Part shown: piece after piece, positions 1-12,236 of the stretch
Layout: every line of letters begins with the position of its first letter
Numbering within the stretch: the stretch's first letter is position 1
Source: Cystobasidiomycetes sp. EMM_F5
Lineage: Eukaryota
Length of the DNA: 64,000 bases
Assembly: GCA_051047955.1 (NCBI GenBank)
Contig: JBPGPT010000015.1
Location: 124,001 to 188,000 of the forward strand
Reading direction: 5' to 3'
Notes under the pieces: generated by a model
What the model saw: only the letters and a program-made list of their open reading frames with translations
What the model was told of the DNA's origin: nothing
The model's database searches: none
Made by a program: the position numbers and the translations under genes

Positions 1-34
1 ACATCGAAACCAAAAATGCTGAAAGATGCCAAAT

Positions 35-691
35 CTATGGCACGGCAGGTGATTGAGGTGAGGCTGACGTCGTCACTCCATGTGATGCTGCTTCCTTCTC
101 AGCCCCTGCCAGTGTGACCACCTCTTCTGTCGCCGGCACACCTTTGCGGATTCCGCCTACAACTTGCGCTGTCCGCATGATTTCCATTAGTTTGGTTCGC
201 TTTGCAGCTGACACAGGCTGTGGGATAGATGACAGTGTTGAGTGATATGGAAGGAGCGGGAGTGTGTCGGTCGGGTGCAAGTAACGGGGGATATGTATGG
301 CGTCAATGCAGAAATTGAGCTGTTGTTATGCGAGTAGGATGAGGTGCAGACCCAACATACCGGGCACGACTGGATTCTTACGGTGTCACCGACATTTGCC
401 TGGTTCTTCGGGTCATGAGTCAACATCTGGACATGGGATTCAGTTTTTGTCGACAGAGTACCTACATGCACTAGTCTTACCCGCTTTCTCCGCCTGATCA
501 TCTGTTGTGCATGTGTATCATAGAGCAAGGTAGGAGCCGTCAGCCTACAAGTCTTCGCAGCGTTCTTTCGTATCACATCGCACCTTGCCGACCACAGGAT
601 GCATGTACTCTCGAGCGACAGTCACAGTGATAGTCTTTGGCATTCTTTTGGCTGCAGTCACAAGGCCGATGAACTGCTGTGGGCCAGACAT
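35..691 (-). CDS. MRPS17: Mitochondrial ribosomal protein uS17m (multi-exon)
   Basis: Spliced reading MSGPQQFIGLVTAAKRMPKTITVTVAREYMHPVVGK...MLTHDPKNQANVGDTVRIQSC..PVSAAKR matches the S17 pattern (G.V...KM.KT..V, HD......GD.V.I). Confidence 0.85.
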
Positions 692-805
692 GATGGACAA
701 GGCAGTAGAGAGAAAGGTCAAATAACGGCCAGCTGGATTTCCGCCTGTCGAGCTACTGATCGCAAATGAGTCTCTGCTTCCGACGACGTTCGCAGGCTCT
801 GTACG

Positions 806-2177
806 ATGAGGCGTTCGGCACTATGCAGATCTATGTGTCTCTGCACGCTGGCATTGCTTGTCTCAGCGCTCTCGCGCGCAGCTGTTATAATGCATGATTC
901 AGTCGACCGTCGCCAACAACCGACAAAGAATGCCAGCACTTCAGTGGTCATCTGGCATGGTTTTGGTGACCGCTACGATAATCCAGCCTTCACTACAATG
1001 ATACAGGACATCCGAGACGAGCTGGGCAACGATACCTTTGTACACGTGATTAGGCTGAGTGAAGACGGGGCTGCCGACTCCAAGGCGACAGTCTTTGGGC
1101 ACATGGCTAGCCAGGTGGAACAAGTCGCAAATCAGCTCAAAGATCTGCCACAACTTGCCGATGCGCACTTTGATGCAATTGGTTTCAGTCAGGGTGGCGT
1201 ATTCTTCAGAGGATATGTCGAGCTGTTCGGCCAAAACCCTCTGTATGAATATATGATGTTTAGGCTCCTGAGATTATTACGAGCTGATGTTTCGGTTTGA
1301 CCTCACAGTTATCCAAAAGTCCGTAATCTGATAACGCTTGGGTCTCCGTAAGCTCGCATCAGCGTTTAATCGTGATGTAAGTATTCTTACTCCAGGCTAC
1401 AGTCACATGGGTATTGCTGCTGCACCATTGTGCCAGCCTACGGATTACTTGTGCAAAACTGCGGCTTGGGCACTAAAGACGGGTGCATGGACGTCTTATG
1501 CTCAAAACAATAGTCCGTTTCCTCCTTCCCAAATGCCGCTGTGCAGATGCTGACTTGTAACATCAAGTCATCCCTGCTCAGTATTTCAGAAGTCAAGCTA
1601 GAATCAATCAATATCTCGCTCACTTTAACTTCTTGAAAGAGATCAACAACGAGCGCTTAAACGACCTTCAGCCAGCCTTGAGTCATCGCCTCGATCTACT
1701 AGATGAGAGCGATGACCCGCCTCGAAATAAGTCATACTACAAGTCTGTCACGGCCCTGAACAATTTTGTCCTATTCAACTTTGAGTAAGCCAGGCGTCCG
1801 CCAATTTCTACAATGGATCGGGTAGGAATAGCAACGCTGAGAAAAAATAATATATGCGCAGCTTGGAAGCCAATGTTATACCAACGACATCACCGTGGTT
1901 TACACTTCCTGCTGGCGAAGATGATCCGGACAATCCATTGCCGTGGTTGGATCTACCATTGTATCGAGAGGACTATATTGGACTAAGACAGCTGGACGAG
2001 AGTGGTAGACTGCATCGACAGACATGCAGAGGACCGCATATGCAGATAGATAACGATTGCTGGCGGGATGTGATGGCCTGGTTGGGCAAGGGTGGACGTG
2101 GTCGGGGACGGGGTGGGATTCGGGGAGGCTCGGCAAACGAGCAAACGAGTAGCAATTTTGTGATTCAGTCACGGTAG
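806..2177 (+). CDS. PPT1: Palmitoyl-protein thioesterase, secreted/vacuolar (multi-exon)
   Basis: Signal-peptide-like N-terminus, VVIWHGFGD, nucleophile motif DAIGFSQGG, NLITLGSPHMG, LYREDYIGLRQLDE, C-terminal GPHM. The start may be 833. Confidence 0.88.
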
Positions 2178-2568
2178 AGCCGTTGTATGGTGTCACTCGT
2201 TTGTACGCGTTTATGGGAGCACTTGCTTTGCCTTCAATGTGCGCACTGTGGATGAATAGTTACTCGAATTGCAACGTTGTCGGCATCATATGTGCCCTAC
2301 ACAACGCGTGTTTCTGGCAAAGTCACCACCGATTTAGACCAGAAACCCGGAGAAACCGGCAGCCGTTGCCCCAAAATCTGGCAGATCGAGCGGAATTCGC
2401 GCCGCAAACCCAGACTTTTGGTGCGCAAAATCCAGGAAGAAGTGCTAGAAACCTGAGCATTTCGTGCATACACCAATTGTGCCGATAACGCAGGAAGTGA
2501 GTACGCCAAAGTAGTCGCGTCCACACGTTCAACGCGTAAACGAGAGAGGCCGACAGCCAGCCAGGCCG

Positions 2569-5051
2569 ATGTCAGCAGACAAGACGAGCGGCAACAATGC
2601 CAACGTCACCATTGTCGGAGCCACAAACCACAACGAACTTCACGATGGAGCCAGCGGCAGTGCGAGCAGCATCAATAACAGTATGTTGCAGAAAACTTCC
2701 ACATCGTCGAAAAGCTCAAGCTCACGTTCGAATGGTGATGGCAACGTCTCGTAGGCCCGTTTCTTTGGGGAGGTCGAGTTAATACTGGCCACTTGCGGCA
2801 TCATAGCCAGGCTGTGCACGATATCGTCGACAATCATCATCGACTGAGTCCCGGCGAGCGCGACCCCGGCAGCATCGTTGACCAACACCATCGACTTTCC
2901 CAGAGCAACAACCAGACCGGCGTATCTAGTTCAAGTCTGCAGCACTCAGCAAGCCAGACCGAGCAAGGGCACGGTCATCCTGCCAGCTTTTTACACAATC
3001 CTCCTTCGCTGCAGTTGAGCGGACCAAGCCACCATTCGCACCTGCACCTCGAAAGTCCGAGACAGCTTCATCCGCAACCGATTCATACTCCGCACATCCA
3101 GACTCAACCATCTGATATTCGTAATCAGTCGCATCACACCCTGCATCACGCTTATGGGTCAAATACTGCGTCTGGCACGGATGTCGACGACCTCGACGAC
3201 CCTTTGGGCATAAATGTCATTGACGTCTGGCACCGACACCATGATCAAATGCAGGACAATACGCCATCACACAGTCAAAGCAACATGCTTCAAGTAGCTG
3301 CACCCCAGACGAGCAGTAGCAAGAAGAGCAGAAGTAGCGGAGCCGCTCGGTCCTCCAAAAAGCCCGGCGGTCGACCTCGGGACTTAGTCTGGTCTTATTT
3401 CAATGGTATGGATCCTCTATCTTCTCCATGCTTGTGCTCGTAAATGCTCGCTCTAACTTCAATTCCATGGCGTAGAAACACCCTCTGGCACAAGCAGTAC
3501 GGGCTCGAGACTGGCCGCCCAGTGCAAGGCTTGTAAATGGAAATGCGAGCAGCCGAAAGCATTCCGGATGCGGCAGCATGTGATTAATTGCGAGGCCATC
3601 AGCAGCACTGACCGGAATCAGATGCAAATCATTCATGAACAAAAGCGTGTGGCATTGGAGATACTCAACAGAGAGGGCCCTTCGAGCAGGAAGAAAAGCA
3701 GGGACGCAGGCGCAGGAGATGATGACGACGTCGAGGACGATGTGGATGAAGAGACTCCACTGCCGGATGACCAGGACAGTGACGCTTCAGTGCCCAGAGG
3801 CTCAAGAAAGGGTAGTAAGCACGGAACCACACGGTCAATCCCAGTCGATCGTCATGACAGCAACGTCAATACCAACTCTACCAACAGCACCGATAGCGAT
3901 CTTTACGGCGCCACTCAGCCCGACCTCGAACAAGTCATACCGCCACGCGGACCCATTGAAACCATTTCGCCTTGGAACACACAGCACAACCAACTACAGC
4001 AGCAGCAATCGTCGTCGAGTTACTATCCCAACTACCATGGAAGTACGATCGACAACAGCGCCAATGTCAGCGGCGGTATACAACCGTCCTCGACTTTGAA
4101 GGATCCCAATGCTTCTGGCTCTGCTGTCGCACAACGCCTGTTGGATCAGTACCGATCAAAAGGCATCAACTTTGACATTGGCGGTAACAACCCGTCTACT
4201 TCAAACAATACCTCGTCCCTCAAGAAGCGTAAACGCAGAGACGTCAAACCATCGCCTCTTCCTGAAGGCGTTGCTCCCTTCACTCTCGGCGAATCAACAC
4301 TTCTTAGTTTTGGTCAAATGGCACCGTGAGCAGTGCCTGTCGTGTGCAATATACTATACGCACAATATCTGACACAGTATTTCTCCTCCAGTCTCGTGAA
4401 ATCTCCTATCACTTGTCATGGTGAGCTCGGCCGTGTGCCTCTATCTCGATCGACTCGCTGGCTTGAAGCAGTCATGCAACAGCAGCGCCAGACGAATAGC
4501 AAGGCAGCACAGCACCATGTCGTATACGTCGTACTGACATGATGTGGCCTTGCCTCTTCCTCCCGCACCTCCGTTACAGTCCTCGACTCGTCGGCCGGCC
4601 GACCGGGTTCAAGCATCAAAATTCGGATGGAGCAGCTTGGACAGACTGGCTTCACCCACGTTGCTACGGGGTACGCTCCTCGTCGCTTGGAACACGTGCT
4701 TCGTGTAGACCCTGCTGATACTTTTTAAACCTGTTGCAACATTGCTTCCACAAACAGCACTACCGACTCGGACGGTCGCGCCAATACCTTGATGCCAATC
4801 GGCACATCCATAGAGAAGGATGCCATCTACAAGCTCACCTTTTATACCCGTGAATATTTCGACAGACTAGGTACTAGGACTTTCTACCCTTTCGTGGAGG
4901 TGAGATTTACCGCCGCTAACGGCAGCCGACAGAAAGCTGACGATTCGTTTTCCGCTCGCAGGTCACCTTCCAGATTGCAGAACCGTCCGAACACTATCAC
5001 GTCGCAGTACTCCTCAGTCCCTGGAGCTTCACGACCTATAGAGGATCATAA
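2569..5051 (+). CDS. BED zinc-finger protein in frame with a C-terminal 5-hydroxyisourate hydrolase (transthyretin-like) domain; possibly two overlapping products
   Basis: Introns at 2751-2806, 3406-3475, 4326-4391 and 4421-4579, plus two more, keep one frame. BED motif RPRDLVWSYFN..AQCKACKW..MRQHVINC; NLS-like KKRKRR; HIUase motifs SPITCHVLD, DGR, FYPFVEV, HYHV and terminal YRGS*. Confidence 0.7.
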
Positions 5052-5379
5052 TGGACAATTGCATAGAAGCGCAATCACGCGATCCTAGCAACAATGTAGC
5101 CTATAGTCGACTTTCCTTCGGCATCGCAGTTCAAGCACCTGGAGCGTAATGATCGCCTTAGCCTTATTAAGGTCTGCAGCGAAAGCCCCCTCTGACTATA
5201 TTGCCCGATCTACTTCATGCGATGCGGAGGTTACAGCGCCTCCACGAAAACTACAATATCTGCGTGTGTCAGTAAACGAGACTGCTTACTAACTGAAAGG
5301 TCTGGAACTACGGTGAATGCTGGATGCCGTGAAATGGTAATGAGTGACAAGAGTCACCGGAGAGGCTGGCGGGAGAATG

Positions 5380-6262
5380 TCATGGCAACACATTGTCGAA
5401 TGTCTGACCAAGTACACTTCCACCCGACAAGCTCTTCTTGACGTCTCGAGCAAATTTTGTCCTGTCTCTTCTCAATTCTTCCGCAGCCTCTGTGAACGGA
5501 AACACGGATCAGAATGTAAAGCTAGAGCTTTGCACATGCCAGCTTTGCCTTTGTTCAGAGGGTCATCCGCATTGGGCTCCAGAAATAGGAATTGTAAACC
5601 GACAATGACGCTATTCAAGTTGAGTACAGGTTTCCAGTCTTCTCGCAGGATGTTCAAGCACACGTTGCCGTCCAAGTCGACGTTTGGATGGTATATCTAT
5701 GTGTGCGACGATGAATGAGTAGGCTCATTTGGTTGCCGATGCGTAATACATACCTTTTGCGTGCATTTGACCTTGGGCGGCTCGTGCGGGTAATTGGAAC
5801 CGATAACGAATGTAAACTTGAAGGCTCCACCGCGGTACATGCCTATGTCATCAGATGAGATGCAGAAGTAGTTTCAGCTCCGAATTCCATCCTGTGCATT
5901 ATTGACAAAGCATATCAGGAACGCCAAGTCACCTTCATCTGGCGTAATGATAAGTTCGAAATTAAGGAGATTCTCCATGTTGCTGATGATCTTCATTGTC
6001 GAAGGCAAATCTAGCTCAGTCATGTCTGTTCATGTTAGCCAGAGTCATCACGTTTGAAGTCAGCTTGACAGGCTATTCGACAAGCAAGCGAATCAAGCGC
6101 ACCCTTTTGCACTCGTAACAGCGCGGCAGAGGTCTTGGGTTTCTTCTTAGCAGCCGCATCTTCCGTCTTCTTCATAGACCATATCTGCGTGATTTGCCAT
6201 GTAGCCGTCTAATTAGCCAGATGTTCCAGAACGGCACAGACGGCAAGACTGACTTTCATCAT
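5380..6262 (-). CDS. UBC12: NEDD8-conjugating enzyme E2 (multi-exon)
   Basis: MMKIWSMKK N-terminal extension, [59 protein letters not shown]. Confidence 0.95.
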
Positions 6263-6637
6263 CTTGGGCAAGTGGATATCGGACGAAAAGTGCGGCCAGG
6301 TTATGCAAGTGCAGGGTTTGCAGTAATGTGGTTGTTGATGCAGAGGAAAGGAGGGCAAGGCTGAACGCTCGGTCGTCCTGATCAATATGTTGTGGCGTCC
6401 AGAGCTGAGAGCTTGTTAGAGAACAAGCCAGGACGGGTGATACGGATGCAGTGCAGCTTCCATGACGGTCATAGGACCTAGAGAACTGGAATCCAGCAAA
6501 AAGTCATGGCAACGTTTAACGGAATTATAGAAGTGCGCGAAACGGTCATCGTTTGGTGTTTTATACAGTACGGTAACAACGTGTCTTCACGTCAGATCAT
6601 TGATAAGAGCGAGAGCTCGAGTGGATTAGATGATGTC

Positions 6638-8741
6638 CTACCGCCGACCACGATCCTGCATGCTCTTGGGCCCTGTGGGGAGGTTTCCCGGCAGCGGCGA
6701 GACTGCTCTTCTCGGACCTTGATTCATGCCACCGCGCATCATGTTGGGATTGTGACCTCCACCTAGCATATTGCCGCCTCGTCCACCACGTCCACCACGG
6801 AAGCCTTGTCCCTGTCCGCCAAAGCCGCCTCTCCCTCCTCGGAAACCTCCAAAGTTTTGTGGTTGTTGAGCAAAGTCATTACCCGCAGGCCGTTTAAGCA
6901 TATTTTGCGGTTGCTGCGGTTGCTGCGGTTGCTGCGGTTGCTGCGGTTGCTGCTGACGCTGTTCGGTTCCGCTCTCGTTGTCCTGATCGTCACCGTACGC
7001 AGTCTCGTTGTCATTGACGCTTCGACCGTCGTCCAGCTCGCCGTTTTCGCCGTTCGCACTAGCATTTTGTGAACCGCTACCGTTTGCCAAAGCTTGTTGC
7101 GGACCGCTGTGGTTGTTGTTGAGACTGCCGCCTTGGTGTTGCATCTGTTGAGCGGCCATCATAGGGTTCATTCCCATGCTTCCCATGGGTCCATCGAAGC
7201 GCTGCATACCAGGATTCATATTGCCGCCCATCATCATCATTCCTGCGCCTCCTTGCGGCCCGCTGCTTTGGTTTCCATTACCCATCTGCATGCCAGGATG
7301 CATCATGTTGCCTCCACCGCCCATATTACCCCCTTGCATCATGTTCTGCATGCCTTGCATGTTTTGCATGTTTTGCATACTCTGCATACCGCCAGCCATA
7401 CCCATCATACCCATCGGTCCTGCTCCACCCATCCCGCCCATATTTTGCATGCCCCCGCTCATCCCGCCAGGATTGCTAAAAGACGACATTATGGTCTGCA
7501 TCATCATCCCCTTGAGCTCCATAGGCAATGTATTCCAGGCCTCCGGGAGGGGTCGATGTGCGAAAATCTGTAGTCATGAAGGGTATGCGCAATTTAGCAT
7601 TGAATGCAGTGAGAGTGGCTGGATATCCTCTTACGTGGAATGGATTCTCTCTTTCCCTATCGCGATCTTGTCTGCTTTCTCTTTGCCTTTTCGCCCAGTT
7701 GACCCACGTCTGCTCGTCAAAGCCGTAATTGAAAAAGTCGGCGAGATTGACTCCAGGCTTGCGCCATTTCTTGTCCTCTATATCATCAAGATCGACGTCC
7801 ACAATGGGCTGCGGCACTAATTTGGCTCCCCCGTCCAGATTATCAGGTTCGGCTGACCCTGCGCGACCAGAGTATATCGCCGTATTCTCCGTTACATCTG
7901 GTGCGGGCGGTCGTGGAGGTGCTGGCACAGCCGGTCCTGTTGCATGCACTGAAGTTGCGAATGTCAGAAAGGGATTTACTGCAGGTTTGGAGGGTGTTTC
8001 TAAGACGTAGCCATTTCAGCACATAACAAAGATCAGCTCGATTTGAGCAATTTACCTGATCGTTTCTCTATAGAAGGCTGTAGCGAGGTGGATTGTGGAA
8101 GTGGATTTGGAGGTTCTGACCCAGTTTGAGTGACAGTGGGTTGTGCTTGCGCTGCCGGGGTCGCACTTATTGGCTGTCTTACTGGAATTGCGCTGGAAGT
8201 GTAACGTGGGCTGCAGAGGAGACTACAATCAATTCCTCGATGCAAGCCCGGAAAGCAGTGACGAACATCTCTTGACGACCGGCAGTAGATCCCATAGGTA
8301 CCGAGTCCATCACAAATTCCAAGTCCTGGTGTAGTATTGCGTCGCATAGCAATCGTGTATATCAGAGCAATTACATGTACCACATCAGCCCCCGCACTAC
8401 GAGACTCGGTGACCTCGCTCACGTCGTCGCTGTCTTCGTCCGGCTCATCTTCCTCATCGTTGCTTTCCTCCATATCCTCTTCTCCAGCCGCGCCATTATC
8501 TGCCGTTGCTTCAATTGGACCGTTCGCAGACCCAGTCGCAGCTCCAGACGTCACACTAGCTCCCGGTTGCTTGGGTGCTAGAGCACTGCTGGAGGCTGAT
8601 GCTGCCGGTACAGCGGACGTCGAGGCCGAGCCGTAGCTGTTGTTCAGTGGGCAGTGCAAAGCCAATACTCAGCCAGCTTCTGGTGTTTTAGCACACTACA
8701 ACAGCCTACAGAAAAGCGTCCTCGTCGTCGTCATATTCCAT
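6638..8741 (-). CDS. FIP1: Pre-mRNA 3'-end processing factor Fip1 (multi-exon)
   Basis: Fip1 motif KKWRKPGVNLADFFNYGFDEQTW; acidic N-terminus MEYDDDEDAFL; M/G/Q-rich and RGG C-terminus ending PTGPK..R. Confidence 0.92.
6905..6955 (-). repeat. 9-bp tandem repeat (CAGCAACCG)x~5 encoding QQP repeats in Fip1
   Basis: gcggttgct repeated directly in the sequence. Confidence 0.9.
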
Positions 8742-8872
8742 CGTTACAGGTCGAGTCGCGATTGTCAGGCAACTAAGCCAGATTCATGCACAGCTCGATT
8801 GCGTGCATAACCGCTATTCCAGAGACAGAGACAGAAATCACTGCTTTCAACAAATGCTACATGTTATCACCT

Positions 8873-10443
8873 CTACCGTTGACCTCTTCTCTCGTACCGC
8901 TCCAGTTCGAGCGTCATGTCCTTTATCGCATTCTTGAGCGCCGACATTTCCCATCTTCCTCCTACAAACCCTGTATACAGCATCGTAGCTCCAAGGGCTC
9001 CATTTGCGATACCCAATATAACAAATACCCAGTTTAGCCATTTGATGGGCTGGAAGGACGCAGCTACGGATATGCCGGGAATCAAGGCCAGACATGCAGC
9101 AAAGATGCCCAGTTGTCGCCGTGACAGCCGCTCGACGTGCGTAGAGTACTGGATCAGAGCTTCAATAGTCACACGCATATGTTCGGGTGCCGGAGGCCTT
9201 GCAGGAATGGGTGCTACGTATGCACCAGGCTCGGTATCCGAAGGAAGGGGAGTCAATTGAAATGTGCTTTCGATACCAAAGTGATCTGACAGCGAATAGC
9301 TAGCACCGGGCACCAGCTCAGTAGCCGTTACGTGCGACGCTACGCATGTAAGATGATGCAAGCGTTTGGGCGGTATTGGCTTTTGCACGCTATCGATATG
9401 GCTCGTAGGAGACCGATAGAGTATATAGTCGAGACGTTTACCTTGTGCACGTGTGACTTGCTCGTCGAATCGCTTTGCAGCTGAAAAGGAATTGATAGGA
9501 TTGTCGCACGTTATCCCATGGTACGTAATGGCATCCTGAGCGGTTATGGGGTTTGAGGGAGCTGAAGAGGCTTCGGGAGGATGAGCGGCTACCCACGAGT
9601 CACTCAGCTCCCCTTGCGACAGCAGAAGCTGTATGACGAGTGACGTCGGCCGCGAGTTTAGATCGCCGCATACAAAGACTTGGTGTCCCCTATCTGCCGC
9701 TTCGCTCACTAAGCGCGCGAGTTCCCACGCTTGACTGAGTCGGTGCGATGTCTTCCAGTGTTCGCTCCACTCCGGACCGCCAAATGCAGCCATGTGCGTA
9801 TTGAGGACTGTCGCGTACCCTAGCTCCGGACCTAGATCGAGCACGGCTTGCCCGCATGCTTTCGCGACGTACCAATCTCCTTCGATGAAATGCAGAGGGG
9901 ATCCGCATAGCGTGTAGGGCCGTGTCAGAGTGGACACTATCGGGTATTTGGAGAGGATGCAGCAGCCGGAGCCAAGTGCGCCGCTATACAAGAGAAGCGG
10001 AGACTGCATCAGTGATAAGAGGGCGTACAGAAGGTCAGAAGGTGGCACACCTCCAAAAGTATCGGCCATGCGTAAGGCCACTCCCGCTTTCCCGAGCATG
10101 TCGTTCAATGTACTCCCAGTCCTCGGAGCACCACACCTCCTGCAGACACACGACATCATACCTCGACCCCCCACTCGCTTGGCTCTTTCTCGTCAGCGGA
10201 GTCGAGTCCGAGTCCAGGCTCGAGGATGGGGAAGCGCCGTATTCTGAAGCGGAAGCTGCGCACACAAAGTCCGCAATAGCTCTGATTCGTTGGTGCCGAA
10301 ACTTGGACACAAACTTGAGACCCCTGTCAGCGATAGAGCGTGCAAACGTCAGAACGCAGGCCAGGCAGGCTGCAGCAATACGAGCCTACAGACCAGCAGT
10401 TGAGGCTCAGTATCCGCAGCTGGCGGGCATCCTGCTGCGACAT
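8873..10443 (-). CDS. ISC1: Inositol phosphosphingolipid phospholipase C / neutral sphingomyelinase (multi-exon)
   Basis: LRILSLNCW-GLKFVSK, YDVVCLQEVW, LNTHMAA, CGDLNS, KRLDYILYR, SDHFG; two C-terminal TM helices. Confidence 0.92.
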
Positions 10444-10595
10444 GTTGATGCGAGACGGAGCGAAGATCACTGCAAAAGATCATCGATTGCGTCAGAAGAT
10501 GTAATTTGACCCAAGTTCAACTCTGGCTCACTCCGACACTGCCATACGAGCTGACATACAGCTTCCACATGATTTCAGGATAGGACTCGCAAGAA

Positions 10596-12236
10596 ATGGC
10601 AGCACGCAGGAGCTTAGCAGAGGCAGCGAGGCAGCTGTCCGGCTCGACCACGTCTAGCCATGTCCCAGCGAGATTGGCGAGAGCAGCAAGCTTTCATACA
10701 CCTCGCTCGCACCGCCAGTACTCCTCAACATCGCTTGTGATGGGCCCGGAGGTAGAGTCTGTACTGTCTTCCACGGCCACTCCCCCGGTAATCACTAGCA
10801 CACTGGACAGGCGACGAGCAGTGCGCACAAAGCTCGCGCACATCGAAGCTACTCGTGGTGGTGTCGTATCTCCCTTTCTCACCGACTCTTTTGGCCGGGA
10901 ACACGACTATCTGAGGATCAGGTAACCGCAACATCACCAGGCTATACAAGAGACATCTGGCTTATGCCCCTCTCTTCTCTCCTGCAGTCTGACGGAAAAA
11001 TGTAATCTCAGATGTATGCTTGACTCTATCTCTGTGGAGCCCTTCTCGCCATGCTGACTCGTTACAATAGGCACATATTGTATGCCAGACGAAGGTGCAC
11101 CTCTGTCTCCAAAAGAGCAACTTCTTTCGTCCGACGAAATCATTCGGATAGCGAGTCTGTTTGTCAAGAACGGAGTGCGAAAGATCCGTCTTACCGGAGG
11201 GGAGCCCACCATCAGGAAGGACTTGGTAGAAATTGTCGGTAAGTCGTAAAACATTTCGAGGTCTTCTCGTCATCGAGAAATGACACCTCATCCATGTTCA
11301 GAACGGTTATCTGCGCTAGGCGTGGACTCTATTGGCATGACTTCGAACGGCATTGCTTTATCGCGAAAGTTGCCTGCTCTGATCGCAGCCGGCTTGACCC
11401 ACCTCAACATCTCTCTAGATACACTTGACGAGCACAAATTTGAGCTCATGACTCGGCGACGCGGTCACAGTACCGTGCTCAAAGTCATCGAGCAAGCAGC
11501 GGCTCTCAGATCGACAGTGGAAGAAGGTACACATCCTTCGTCGAACAGAGGCCTCCGGTCACTCAAAATCAACGTCGTCGTCATCAATCGTCTTAACGAT
11601 CATGAAGTTTCATCATTTGTAGAACTCACACGACACCTTGCCGTCTCTGTACGATTCATCGAGTATATGCCTTTCGATGGCAATAAGTGGTCGACGACTA
11701 AGCTCGTCCCGTCAGCCAAATTACTTGCAGATATAACGTCAAAATACCAGCATATTGGCGTGCAAGCCCTCACCCCAGCAGTCAGCGAGACAACTCGCAC
11801 GTACCGGATACAAGGCCATGCTGGCTCGTTTGGTTTCATCAGCTCAATGACTGATCACTTTTGCGCCGGATGTTCCCGCTTGCGACTAGGGACAGATGGT
11901 AGCTTGAAGGTACGTCAAACCTACAGCTATCAGTCCAAAGGCTGACCTCTTTGGTCGTCGGTATTCAGGTTTGCCTTTTTGGCGAGCCGACCCTGTCATT
12001 GAGAGACATGATGCGATCTGGATCATCAGACGAAGCAATGACTCGAGCCATCGGATCTGCCGTAAAGGTCAGTCTCGCTTTGGCCATAGCTTTCTCGCAC
12101 TGATTATGCGTACCCTGTCGTCATCCACCTCGTCACTCGATAATTTCAGAATAAGAAATTTGCTCATGATGGCAGATCAGGTCCGTCGGACATTGCCGCA
12201 AATGCCAAGAGTCCGATGGTACTGATTGGAGGATAA
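10596..12236 (+). CDS. MOCS1: Molybdenum cofactor biosynthesis GTP 3',8-cyclase (MoaA/MOCS1A), with mitochondrial-presequence-like N-terminus
   Basis: [27 protein letters not shown] radical-SAM motif, [35 protein letters not shown], terminal PMVLIGG*. Confidence 0.93.

Noticed and set aside
3370..3600. BED finger as part of a hAT transposase
   Set aside because: No DDE/RNase H or hATC dimerisation domain follows; downstream sequence is low complexity and then HIUase
4421..4579. Longer-than-typical intron as a snoRNA host
   Set aside because: No properly arranged C/D or H/ACA boxes recognised
7094..7820. Long plus-strand His-rich and Pro/Ile/Cys-rich ORFs
   Set aside because: Antisense shadows of the Met/Gly/Gln-rich Fip1 C-terminus
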